Assembly (NCBI RefSeq): GCF_009834535.1
Contig: NC_045707.1
Location: forward strand, 54,252,001-54,316,000
Origin: Camelus ferus
Taxonomy: Eukaryota
Direction: 5' to 3'
Length of the DNA: 64,000 nucleotides
A program made the translations under genes and the position numbers. The notes under the pieces were generated by a model. That model saw only the letters and a program-made list of their open reading frames with translations, ran no database searches and had not been told where the DNA came from. This document shows, one piece after another, positions 11,601 through 22,329 of the stretch; the first letter of the stretch is position 1; the number at the start of each line of letters is the position of its first letter.

Positions 11601-12463
11601 AGTTAGTGGTTAACTGGTTTGCTGCTAATATTTCATCAGTGGTGCCCTACCTCCTTTAAAGTCTAACTCTTGGAAAAACAACATATTTAAAGCTTTCCAT
11701 CCAAATATTGATATTGGCAAATAGATCATCCAACCGTCCCCTGGTAAGGACAGGGCCTTTTTTGTTTCACAAGTTGGCAATTAATTAATCCATATCACAA
11801 ATTGCTGCAGATTTAGGGAATAAAGCAGAAGACTTGTAACTCTCTTTTAACAGTAGTATGTGCGCTTGAGTGTGAAGTAGTGCCCACCTCACTCTTCTAC
11901 CTGTCTGCCACCGCGAATGAGGCCCTCCGGTACTGGGGAGAGCCAGGTTTCAGCCTGACTGCAAGAGGTTTCTAGCAGATACGGTAAATGCCAGGCAATG
12001 GTCCGATCTCTTCTTAAGAACTTGCTTTACCGTAAAAATTTTTTACCCTTCACTGGATTTTTTTTTTTAATGTCATTTTTGTGGAACAAAGCTGACGCAC
12101 TACCTCTAGCAGGGTGGCGCCCCCCGCCTTGGAAGACGTCTGTCTGATAGAAAGGAATCCTCAGGACCTTAGCGTATTACGTCATTGCTCAGTTCCCAAC
12201 AGCAGATGCCCCAAAGGACCTTTGTTATAAAGTCAGAACAGTTATACACGTTCCTATGTTCACAGTTTGCTGTCGGAGATCACAAAATGTCATGAACGGA
12301 CAATTTATTAATCAAGTTCAAATATAACAAAATATATACTGCTATTCTACCAAATAGTTCAACGAGTATTTTTCAAGTTACCAAAAAGAAAGAAAACAAA
12401 ATTGGCTTTGAACAATTCATTGATATTAGATTCTTTGTGAGATTTCAACCACTTGTGTAATAC

Positions 12464-12475
12464 CAAAAAAAAAAA

Positions 12476-12507
<32 letters not shown>

Positions 12508-12510
12508 GAA
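12464..12510. repeat. Poly-A followed by (GAA)n
   Basis: A run of ~21 A followed by ~7 GAA units. Confidence 0.85.
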
Positions 12511-14249
12511 ATTATAATAAGCTCAGCTCTTAGGTAGGACTTTAATTTTAAAAGGAACTTGTTTTGGAACAGAGGGAAATCTCTTTCATGCAGTTACTTA
12601 CAGGGGATCCACATATTTCCAATGAAGTTCATTTTTGATTAACAATAAAATTATTTCTTTTACTCTGTATTTGATTCACATATGCTACTTTTGGGGAGCA
12701 GGGTTGGCAGTCATTATTTTGCTACATTAAGAACTGCTCAATAATTGAATTGAATTAAGCAAAATCTAAGTAACTGATTATTCTGTTTTTAGTAAGAATG
12801 CCCTTTAATCTTGCATTCTGTTTAATGTTAATACAACTTTGAACACTGTCTTCAGAGTTTAAAAAGAAATATAAATCTTGGCAAAATAAAAAAGGGAAGA
12901 AACTTTATTAATGTAATTTTTATTTTTCATGAAATAAAATATGGGCAGTGTCTCATTTGAGCTATATGAGCTTCCTTGGACATCTTTAACTACTGGCTCA
13001 CAGATGAGGGAAACTGCATCGGATATGAGGGCTTCTTTACAATATCTCATGCAACTTTTTAGCTCCAGAAATGAACACTAAAATCCTGTGAATCATTTTT
13101 AAAAATTCTCTTCAGGTATTATCTATAAAAGGTGGACCTTAATTCTATCCAATATTTTCACCAAAAAATAAAATATAGTTATTGCATTCATAAAATTTTA
13201 CAAAGTATACATTCTTAGGAGGGCTAGCTAAAGCCATAGAATACAAGAAAAATTGGGAGGCAAATATTTTTGGAGAAGGTAGAATGATGGAATTAAACCA
13301 GTGAAGACCAACATAAAGTTGCGAGTTAAGGTTAAAAAAATTAATATAGGAGAAGGGAAACAAAGCTTTATTATAAGGGTTCATAGAATAAAGATCTGAG
13401 GATATCTTGAGTCTGCAGCATGATAGTTGCTAAGACAGCTACTACAAACTTAGCTTATATTGTATTAACAAAAGTGAAGCAGTCACACATCAAGAAAAAT
13501 CAGGACCTCCCCACACAACTGTATTATGCAGAAATCTAGACAACTGAGAACTGCTCTGGAAACTATTTTTACTGAGAGAAATGAACAATTTTGAGCCTTT
13601 CTAGTGTACAGTAGGGGAGTCAAAGAGGATTTGGAAACTATGTCATAGACAGAATGGTTAAAGGAGTTTGTGATTTTTCAGCTAACAGAATACATGCAGA
13701 GGAATGATTATTCAGTTTAGCCCCAGTGTGGAACTAAGTGGATCAGGTTCAGTTAGAGAACAGGTTTTTTTTTGGGGGGGGGGGGGTTAATGTAAAAAGC
13801 GAACTTTTTTTTTTTTAAACAATGACAGTTCTCTGACTGAAGTGGGCTGACTGTCAAAGCTGCAGGCTATTGGACAAGAGATGTTAGAGAGGGAAGTCTG
13901 TGTTGTCTCTTCCCAATCAGTTTCCAAGTGGTGTTCTTAATGCTTACAGTAGCATTACATCTTTGAGACTTCTGTACTATTAATTTCCAAATTAGGATTA
14001 CTTTTCTCTAAGAAAAAAATAACTTTGTATCATAATTTTACATTACTTATGAGCTGAAATTAAAGACTATACTTGGAAAGCAAGTGTTTCCTGTCAAATA
14101 ACCATAGTAGCATTCTGGACTGCCTGTATTTTTCTTATCTAGATAAACTTTTTGATTACCTATCAATGGCATTTGGCTAACTGGTTGCACATAACTTCTG
14201 TGACAATGAATATGTACACATCACTGTTTATCTATAATACCAAAAATGT

Positions 14250-14485
14250 AGTAAAGTATAGCCTAGATTGACACCCGGCAGGGTTTGGGTCCAGCTCTAC
14301 CACCTCTGGCTTTGTTATGTTGAGAAAAGTGTATAACCATTCTAAGATTCAGTATCATCTTCTGTAAAATAGGTCTAGGAGAAGTACCTATCTCAAAAGA
14401 TGGAAGTAAATATTAGGGGAGTTAATGAAGTTAAAGCATTTAAGGGCAGTGCCTGGTCATATTATAGGCACTAAATATTTACTAT
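14250..14485 (+). mobile_element. MIR SINE
   Basis: GGGTTTGGGTCCAGCTCTACCAC..TCAGTATCATCTTCTGTAAAATAGG..GTACCTATCTCA..GTGCCTGG..TAGGCACTAAATA. Similar degenerate MIRs appear near 16870-17070, 22760-22930, 29560-29700, 39720-39850, 40370-40600, 41000-41110, 59420-59560 and 61410-61590. Confidence 0.7.
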
Positions 14486-15011
14486 AAACATGATTTTAAA
14501 AAAATTTTAAATGGGAAAGCATTTAATAAAGATTAGGAACATAGTAAAAATAAATGGTGGTATTAAATGAAAAATGATTTTAAAAACAGAAAATTCAACC
14601 ATTTAAATTAAGAAAATGAAATATAATTATGGTTACTTAAGAGCTAGAAAGAGGAGGAGTATCATACATGGAAACAAATCTCCATAAGGATTGTGTGTCC
14701 TGAGGTGTGTGTACTGGTTTAAGGTAAGTGCGCTTGCCCCCAAATACTGTTCAGTTAGGCTGTAAACACAGGTATTACTTCTAACAAATTTTCCAAGATT
14801 TTTGTGACTCAGGAGACTGGGGTCCTACTCCCAGCTCTATTGTTAACTATCAGTTGGTATAACCCAAAACAAATACAGTTACCTGTTAAGGTCTCAGCTT
14901 CTGTTGTTAAAATATTTTCGTTGTAAGCCATGTGTTGAAAAAAAGACTATATTGAATTTACTTATTAGCAATATAATTCTTATCAATTAAACTATATGGT
15001 CTCTAGGAGGC

Positions 15012-15358
15012 TGCTGTGGACTGAATGTGTCCTCTCCAAATTCGTATGTTGAAACCATAATCCCCCAAGTGACAGTATTTGAGGTGGGGCCTTTGGGAGG
15101 TAATTAGGGTTGTATTTGGTCATGAGAGTGGAGCCCATGTTGAGATTAATGCTCTTATAAAGGGGTGAAGAGACACGAGTTCCCTCTCCCTGCCATGGAA
15201 GGGTATGGCAAGAAGATGGCCGTCTTTAAACCAGGAGGAGGGCCCTCACCAAGAACCAACCTCAGAATTCAAGTCTCCAGAACTGGAGAGATAAATGGCT
15301 GTTGTTCAAGTCACCCAGTCTACTGGATTCTGTTAGCGCAGCCCGAGCAGCCTGGAGC
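15012..15358 (+). mobile_element. MaLR solo LTR (MLT1A-like)
   Basis: TGCTGTGGACTGAATGTGTCC..CCAAATTCGTATGTTGAAACC..GGTGGGGCCTTTGGGAGGTAATTAGG..CTCCAGAACT..AATGGCTGTTGTTCAAGTCACCCAGTCTA is a typical MLT1 sequence. Confidence 0.85.
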
Positions 15359-17554
15359 AGAGGTCTTCCGATCCTTGGATTCTAATAGACTCCAAGTAAA
15401 TAATACGAGAAATTCTAGCTTTTCCCAGCCACTGCTAGACTTAGAGGACTTAGGGCAGTGCTTCTGAAAGCCTCGTGGCACTCATTCCCTGGGGAAGAAC
15501 AGCTTGCTCAGGATGTCGCTGTCTGTATCAATATCCTTGTGAGGAAAAGAATTCTGCCGATGCATACGCTTGGAAGCAGCTTCACTCAGATTGAAGCATC
15601 AGCATATGTGAAATCAGCTCTCAACAGACTCTGAAAGGCTAATGCCTCTGTAGGTCATTCGGTTTTCTCCCACTGGACACACAAGTTTTAAGTGTACTCA
15701 ATAGTCTGGAACTTTGGGATAGGCAACTTTATTGTTATCATTTCATATCTGAATCAAAGTAATATTTTGCCTAATCATGTCTATTTTTATTTTGAAATTA
15801 CCCAGTAACTGTTGGTAATAATGTTATCGGAAAATATTGCCTTCCTATTTTTGAAAACCATCACATAGCAGTTTTCCACCTAGAGACCACATACAACCTA
15901 TGATCTATAGACTGGACTGGTCTCAGGGTACTTTATCCGATCCTACTTTCCCATCGCAATTCCCACTAACAACCTGTCTCTCTCACCAGGCTCTCTCAGT
16001 CCCTGGATTGTCCTACTTTCCATTCCCTGGACAGGTTGCTGCTATCTATCTCCAGGTACTTACTCAGACTGTATCTTTTGCCTAAAGTGCTTTCCTCAAT
16101 AGCAATTCATCCTTCAAGATCAGTTAAATAGAATATGAAAACACCCCTTTCCTGTCTATTTGTATTTGAAACGAATCCTTCCCATGTCCCATTTTCTATC
16201 CCCTTCAGGATGCTAAAATAAAAGTTCTGTATAGTGTTGTTTATTTGATCTAGGTTAATACTCATCTTTTAAAATTAATTTATATTTATGGAGATAATAA
16301 ACAAGATTTTGTTAATTTTAAAAACTGAATAAAGATTAAGAAAAAAATCAAATCAAGGGATGGATATCCTTTTCTTTGTTTCCCTAAAGAGACAAGGGGC
16401 CAGTATTTCCTTTGAAGGGGAGGACATGGGAAGAGAATTGAAAGGACAGGAGAATGGGAGCCAGTCTAGCCAATTACTTGGCATCTCCTTTGGGACTTGG
16501 TAGTTGAAACAGTTCGTAGTCTCTTTTGGAGTATAGAACACTACCTACAGAATTGTTGTGTAGACATTTCAGCTTGTTTTTTAGAAATATGCTTTTCACT
16601 TGTCCATGTGAAAAAATGAAGTTAACATGCTATTAGAAGTGTATGCCTTTTACATTTCCAATGGAGGAGGCTCGATAGCTATGTATCTGAAGCATTGAAT
16701 TCTACTTCCATTTCAAGGCAAATCAAGAGAAGTTGGTTTTCAGGATCTTTTAAAAATATTTTTTCATCATTTCATGGAAATACTTCCTAGATGAAGTATG
16801 TAGAATTGATCCAAGTTTTGATTTAATTTTGGAAGATTAGTCTGGAAAGATTTTCTGTGTCAAGTCACCATTTATTGAGTGCTTGTGAGACAAAGAACTA
16901 GCAAGTGGCTTCTCATGTTCTTCATCATTTGAGCTCTAGAAGGCTCTGAGTTATAATTTTAATTTACTAGTAAGCAAACAGGCTCATAGAGTTTGCTACT
17001 TGTCCACAGCAGAGTGAGGATTAGAACACAGGACAGTTAGATTACAAAAACCATGTTCTTTGCACTTTCTTCCGCATGTATCATATCAAAATACGTACTG
17101 AACAGAACAAAACTGCTGTGCTGATTTCCTACTTTGTTCTATGTATTATATTATATTTAGTTATTCTAAGCATTGGTTTCAGTTTGAAGTTAATAAAAAG
17201 TCCATGGTTAGACCCGAATGATCCAGAGAGAGATGAGAAACAGATCCACTCTTACCATGTCTTCTTGTAATTTTCTGTTGATACATGAACTCTGGGAGAG
17301 AAATCTTGAATCCAATAACTGTGGGAAGAAACCTCATATCCATATCAAAGAGCAAGGCTGTAATGTTAGGATTTGTTTATTTGACTTGGATTGTGTATAG
17401 TTAAATATGATTAATTGTTATACATTTATAGATATCCAATCAGAAATCATATTTTTATACCTTTTAATTTTTTCTTAAAGACAGGTAATTTTAGAGGCTA
17501 TTAGAGCTGAAGTTTTCTCCTGTAAGATAATGATCTTATAATTCCATTTGATAA

Positions 17555-17690
17555 AAAATGTATTGGATATGTTGGGTTAAATAAAATATATTAATTTTAT
17601 CAGTTCCTTTTTACATTTGTAACGTGGCTACTAGAAAATTTAAAATTACATATTTGGCTCACATACTTCTATTGTACAATGCTGCTCTAG
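17555..17690 (-). mobile_element. MER33/MER3-like DNA transposon fragment
   Basis: GTGGCTACTAGAAAATTTAAAATTACATATTTGGCTCACATACTTCTATTGTACAATGCTG is the reverse complement of the MER33/MER3 left end. Confidence 0.72.
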
Positions 17691-19008
17691 ACCAATTCTA
17701 TAAAATTTAAAAAACAAGTTTGAAAGTTCGCATTCTAGCCTTTGCAGGAGAAAATTACTTTTCAGAAATTCCAATGATATACTTATTAACAAAAAAAGTT
17801 TTACACTTACTCACCTGGTTACCACTGGCAGGTGCATTCAGACCTCCATGAGGAAAGCATGGACTTGAAATGGCTTCTCATCTTTGCTCTTGTGAAGTAA
17901 AAGTGGTTAAAACAAGACCTCCTAAAATGTATGGATGCTATGAGGTTACACTCAGTCATAATAAAAATAAGCCTTGAAATAAAAGGAAGACTTTACCTGT
18001 GGTAGTGTTAATTCAGTGGCTTCACTTTTCTCTAAAACTTCATAGAAAGGATCTATCTTTCTGTAGCACCTTGGTTAGTTGTTCTCCAAAAGCAAAGATG
18101 ACAGCCAAGCACCAGAGAAGCCCTCATTCTAACCTCCTTGTGCTAAAGCTGATGTTACCAATGGTGACGCTGCTTCCTGCATCCTTCCTTACTGAGCTCC
18201 AGAGTCCTCACGACCTCCTCCTACAGGTGGCCATTCCAGAGCTACTAGAGAGGGATCTTGCCCTTAAATGCTGGCAGGGATATAAGTTATGAATGAAACG
18301 TTACTTGAAAAGTTTGTTTAATTTTTGACTTGAATAAAACTCTGGATCCTAGAATCAGTACATGAACTGCATATTTGGAGGGAAAGAAGGACGGGGGGCA
18401 GGCTATTACTGCATAAAGCATTTGTTAGAAACACACTACATTTGTTGTTTTCAAATGCAGTATATTCATTTTTGCAACTGTTGTTGGCTTTTAGGTTTTA
18501 GGTCTTAGAGTAAAACTGGACTTACACTAGGATGCCAAATACAATATGGCTTCCATTAAGAGACCCCACCTATGTCACAGTTGAAATCATGCCATTTGAA
18601 AAATTAACAGCTATACATATATAAAACCTGACATAATATAGACTACATGGGTGCTAATTCTATTTCTTACCACCAGTAACACAAAAGACTTCTTGACTTT
18701 ATAAGATGGTCTGTTAATAAAACCAAATAAAAACAAATACACACACATATACACTATATGAGAGTTAAATTTAATTAATGCAGTTATATGCAATTGTCAT
18801 CTTGAAGTCTAAAACCACAGTGGAGGGTTATCTTTCCTTTTATTTAATAATATTCACTATGTTTAGCAGAATCAAAGTTCCCTTTTCTTATTAACAGATT
18901 TTTTTGTTCCCTGTTTTCTGTGGTCACTATCTTTTATCTATTATCTTAGCAATTATTTGCTGTATCAGTATACCCTACCTAAGTTATCTCACAGAACAGC
19001 TTCCATGT

Positions 19009-19316
19009 TAGTGGTACCCAATGGAAATACAATGTTAAATATATATGCAACTTAACATTTTCTAGTATTCACATTTTAAAAATTTTTTCTAAACCAGATG
19101 ATGTTATTTTAATAACACATTTTATTTAAGCCAAAGTAGTACTGTTTTAACATAGCCAATATAAAAATATTGGGCAATTGTGCCTTCTTTCTTTTATACT
19201 AAATGTTTGAAATCTGCTGTATTTTATATTTACATCATATTTCAATTCAGATTAACCACATTAAAGGTGCCCTGTAGCCACATGTGCCTAGTAGTTAACA
19301 TTTTGGACAGCATAGG
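19009..19316 (+). mobile_element. hAT-Charlie non-autonomous DNA transposon (MER33-like)
   Basis: ..CCAATGGAAATACAATG..ATTTTCTAGTA.. to ..TAGCCACATGTGCCTAGTAG..TTGGACAGCATAG, ~310 bp, matches my recall of MER33. Confidence 0.75.
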
Positions 19317-19492
19317 TCTGAATTATACTTATCTGCTGGAAAGAGGTTTTCTCTGAATCTCACAAACATAATGACAAAAAGCAGCTCCATTTAAGTGGGC
19401 AAAAGTATCATGGTAGGTAACAGATTTCCTTCCATACTGAAATAGACAGTAAAATTACATCTCCTTTTAGTGATTAGTTACAAATTAGTTTT

Positions 19493-19649
19493 TTTGGTGG
19501 GGGGTACAGCTCAGTGGTACAGTGCGTGCCTAGCATGCACAAAGTCCTAAATTCAATCCCCAGTACGTTTTTAAAAAATAAATAAATAAACAAACCAACC
19601 AAAAGTTAGACTGAGACTGTTAAAAGGTACTCAATAAAATTACTTTAAA
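19493..19649 (+). mobile_element. tRNA-derived SINE (camelid Vic-1-like)
   Basis: GGGGTACAGCTCAGTGGTACAGTGCGTGCCTAGCATGCACAAAGTCCTAAATTCAATCCCCAGTAC is a tRNA-Ala-like head with A box and degenerate B box, followed by an (AAAT)n tail. Flanked by direct repeat AAATTAGTTTT (19482-19492 and 19650-19660). Confidence 0.8.
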
Positions 19650-21868
19650 AAATTAGTTTTGACAACCGATATTCTACAGAAAGCTTAAGGGTCTTCTTCC
19701 CCTATTTTAAAGCATATTCACTAGATAACTCACTTACCCCTAGTACAGTCATGAAAATCATAAATCCTGGCCTCTAAATATGATGGAAATTGCATTTGGT
19801 ATGAAACATGAGAGTGCTGTACCACCAACTAATGTATGAGCACAGTAAGACATTAGGATTTGGAGTGCTTCCCACAGCATCGACTAGGATCTCTTATAAT
19901 GCACTATGTGCACAGAGATGTTGGCAGACTGGACCTTGGGAGGGTGATATCTCCATAAAGCAATATAGTTAAGTCTGAAATCAAGACAGTCTAGAATCTC
20001 CAAACATCCTATCAGCCTTTTTGTGATCAGCGATTCATTTGCCATTCCTACTATAAGTGACTGGTGATGACTGTTTGTGATAGCAGGGGAAGGCAGTCAG
20101 GTAGGAAGGTGAGAATTGAACTAGGAAAGGGTCGGGCATAGGACAGAGGGTGCAGGAAAGAACAAAATGCCATTCTGAGTCGTGCATTCGAACAGTAGTG
20201 TTGCCTGGGTCAATGTCAAATGCAAAATTCCGTCAACTAAGTGACAATATAAGCTCAAATTTTTAACATTCCAAATCTGAAAGACAAATCATTGCCTTAA
20301 TGTCTCATCAAAGAAATGGGAGAAAGAATATCTCGTTTTGATTTCTTTTCAGGTTTTATTCAATTTTTAAAATTAAGAAATGTCAATTAAAATTTAAAAT
20401 GTGTTTAATTTTAAAAATTTACCTTTTCTATCTTCATAAACACAAATGAGCTAGTGTCAAAATGGTTAATTTTGAACTTTGAAAGATTTTTTAAAAGACC
20501 ATTTTAAGGCTGGACACAATAAACAACACTACAAAGAACTGTAAATTTAACTCCATAATTAGGAAACTATTTTATTGACATATATATCAATCGTCACCTA
20601 CAAATTTAAGGAGCGTCAACATCCATCATCGCCCTAAAAATTAATATTATGGGACAATTACACAGATCATATAATAAGGAAACTATAGGTTAAATTACTT
20701 TAGGCTTTAAAACAATTTAATCATAAGGATCTCACTTCTCATACCAGCCTTTCCACTTCATTGATTTGCACATATGAACCATAAAACCTCATCAGTATCA
20801 GCTTTAATGTGGTTTTCTCCTGCAGGGTTCACAATAAGCTGAGATAAAATATTTTCCATCATTACATTATGTTGGTTTGTGGATGCTGTTAGTAAGAAGA
20901 TGACATTAAAGCATGTTCATAAAGTAACTTGCATATGGAACTTACTTTCCAAAGCTTCAATTTCTAGGCCACAGCATATGAATCTTTGTTTCCTTTACTG
21001 ATTGACAGCTCAAGGCCTGTTACCATTTCCATCTCAATCAAGTTAAAGGAGATTTAGAGGTTTGAAATGCAATAGAGCTCCACAAGTAGGTGGGGGACGA
21101 AGACTGAATAAATGCATCTCTTAATCTGCCTAGTCAGTTTTAAATGAAGTATTTCAATAGAGTGTGAAAAACTAAACTAAACTAAACTAAAAAGTTCACT
21201 GGATCCTATTACACAGCAACACACCGGAAAGTCACTGGAGAACTTAGCTTTGAGAAAAACAGCTCCAGACCCAGGAGGGTCAAAGATCCTAAACAGCATT
21301 AAAGGTAAACGCAGCATTTTATGTACTAAGATGACAGAGACTGTTTACCACACAGTAGTGAGAATTTAACAAAATTTGTCTGTAATTTTAGAAAATATAT
21401 TAACATTACAAAATTATAAGGCTGGGCTTTGAAAAGTGGAAAGGATTTTTTAAATGACAATTATTTAAGGCACCTTTAAAAATTAAAATGTTTGAGTCAG
21501 AAGAATGTTAATGAATCAGAAGGAGCATCTACCCTTTATAAGAATGAAACATAAGAATGAAACATTACAGATAAAATATACAATTTATTAAATTAATAAA
21601 CATTTAAATTTATATTTCATTTAAATTTAAAAAGAATGTATATTTTCTGAACACAACTCTAATCTATTTAAGATGACTTAAAGTAAAAAGAAAGTAAATG
21701 CTATTTTCATTATCTGTTCTTATTACTTTTTATATGTCAATTTACCCTTAAAATATCCAATTATAAAAATCAGATCAAATAAAATTTATTAATATATTAA
21801 GGATTCACTAATACCATAAACAGTCCAATAAAATATAGTTGTATCCTTTTATATGTATGGTATTACAA

Positions 21869-21874
21869 TTTATT
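21869..21874 (-). terminator. Candidate polyadenylation signal for the distal LRRIQ1 terminal exon
   Basis: AATAAA on the minus strand ~310 nt after the stop codon; the region is AT-rich, so chance occurrence is possible. Confidence 0.45.
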
Positions 21875-22186
21875 CTTGGTAACAAAAACCATCTTTAAGA
21901 CATATGTCATACAAATTTTAAACAAAAGAAGAAATTGGATATGCAAATTCCATTACAATATTTCAAGAATTAATTTCTGGGAGCCATTCCACATGAACAC
22001 AGGAACAACAGCAAAACTGTATGTTACAGATGGAAACCAAGATAAACAAAATTGGGAAATATGTATAATAATACAAATTAAATATAGTACTCTAAAACCT
22101 TGTATCCAATTGGTAACATAGCCAGATATCCACAGATTTCTTGAAAAGAAACCGTTTGCCATTTGTTTTGAATGCTGAAGCTTGAA

Positions 22187-22329
22187 CTAGTTTGAAGTTT
22201 TCTCCTTCTTTTTGCCACTTCCCCATCCACCACTGAGTTGTACAGGATTGTCACGGAATGATATACGCTCTTTCTTAGAAGGTCTTGTATTTGTTATCAT
22301 TGGTGCAAGTATTCCCTTAATTGAACAAC
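22187..22329 (-). CDS. LRRIQ1: LRRIQ1 alternative distal terminal coding exon
   Basis: Acceptor ...TCACTGTAG|GT. Joined to the phase-1 donor TCA A|GTAAGT at 43065 it reads SCSIKGILAPMITNTRPSKKERISFRDNPVQLSGGWGSGKKKEKTSN* (1+143 nt = 48 codons including stop). AATAAA on minus at 21874-21869. Confidence 0.78.

Noticed and set aside
12740..12760. Near-P3 paired-homeodomain dimer sites (TAATTGAATTG and similar) as ALX1 autoregulatory elements
   Set aside because: All are imperfect, and such matches are frequent by chance in this AT-rich window.
19497..19570. tRNA-Ala gene
   Set aside because: Degenerate B box and stems, an A-rich tail and flanking TSDs indicate a SINE, not a functional tRNA.
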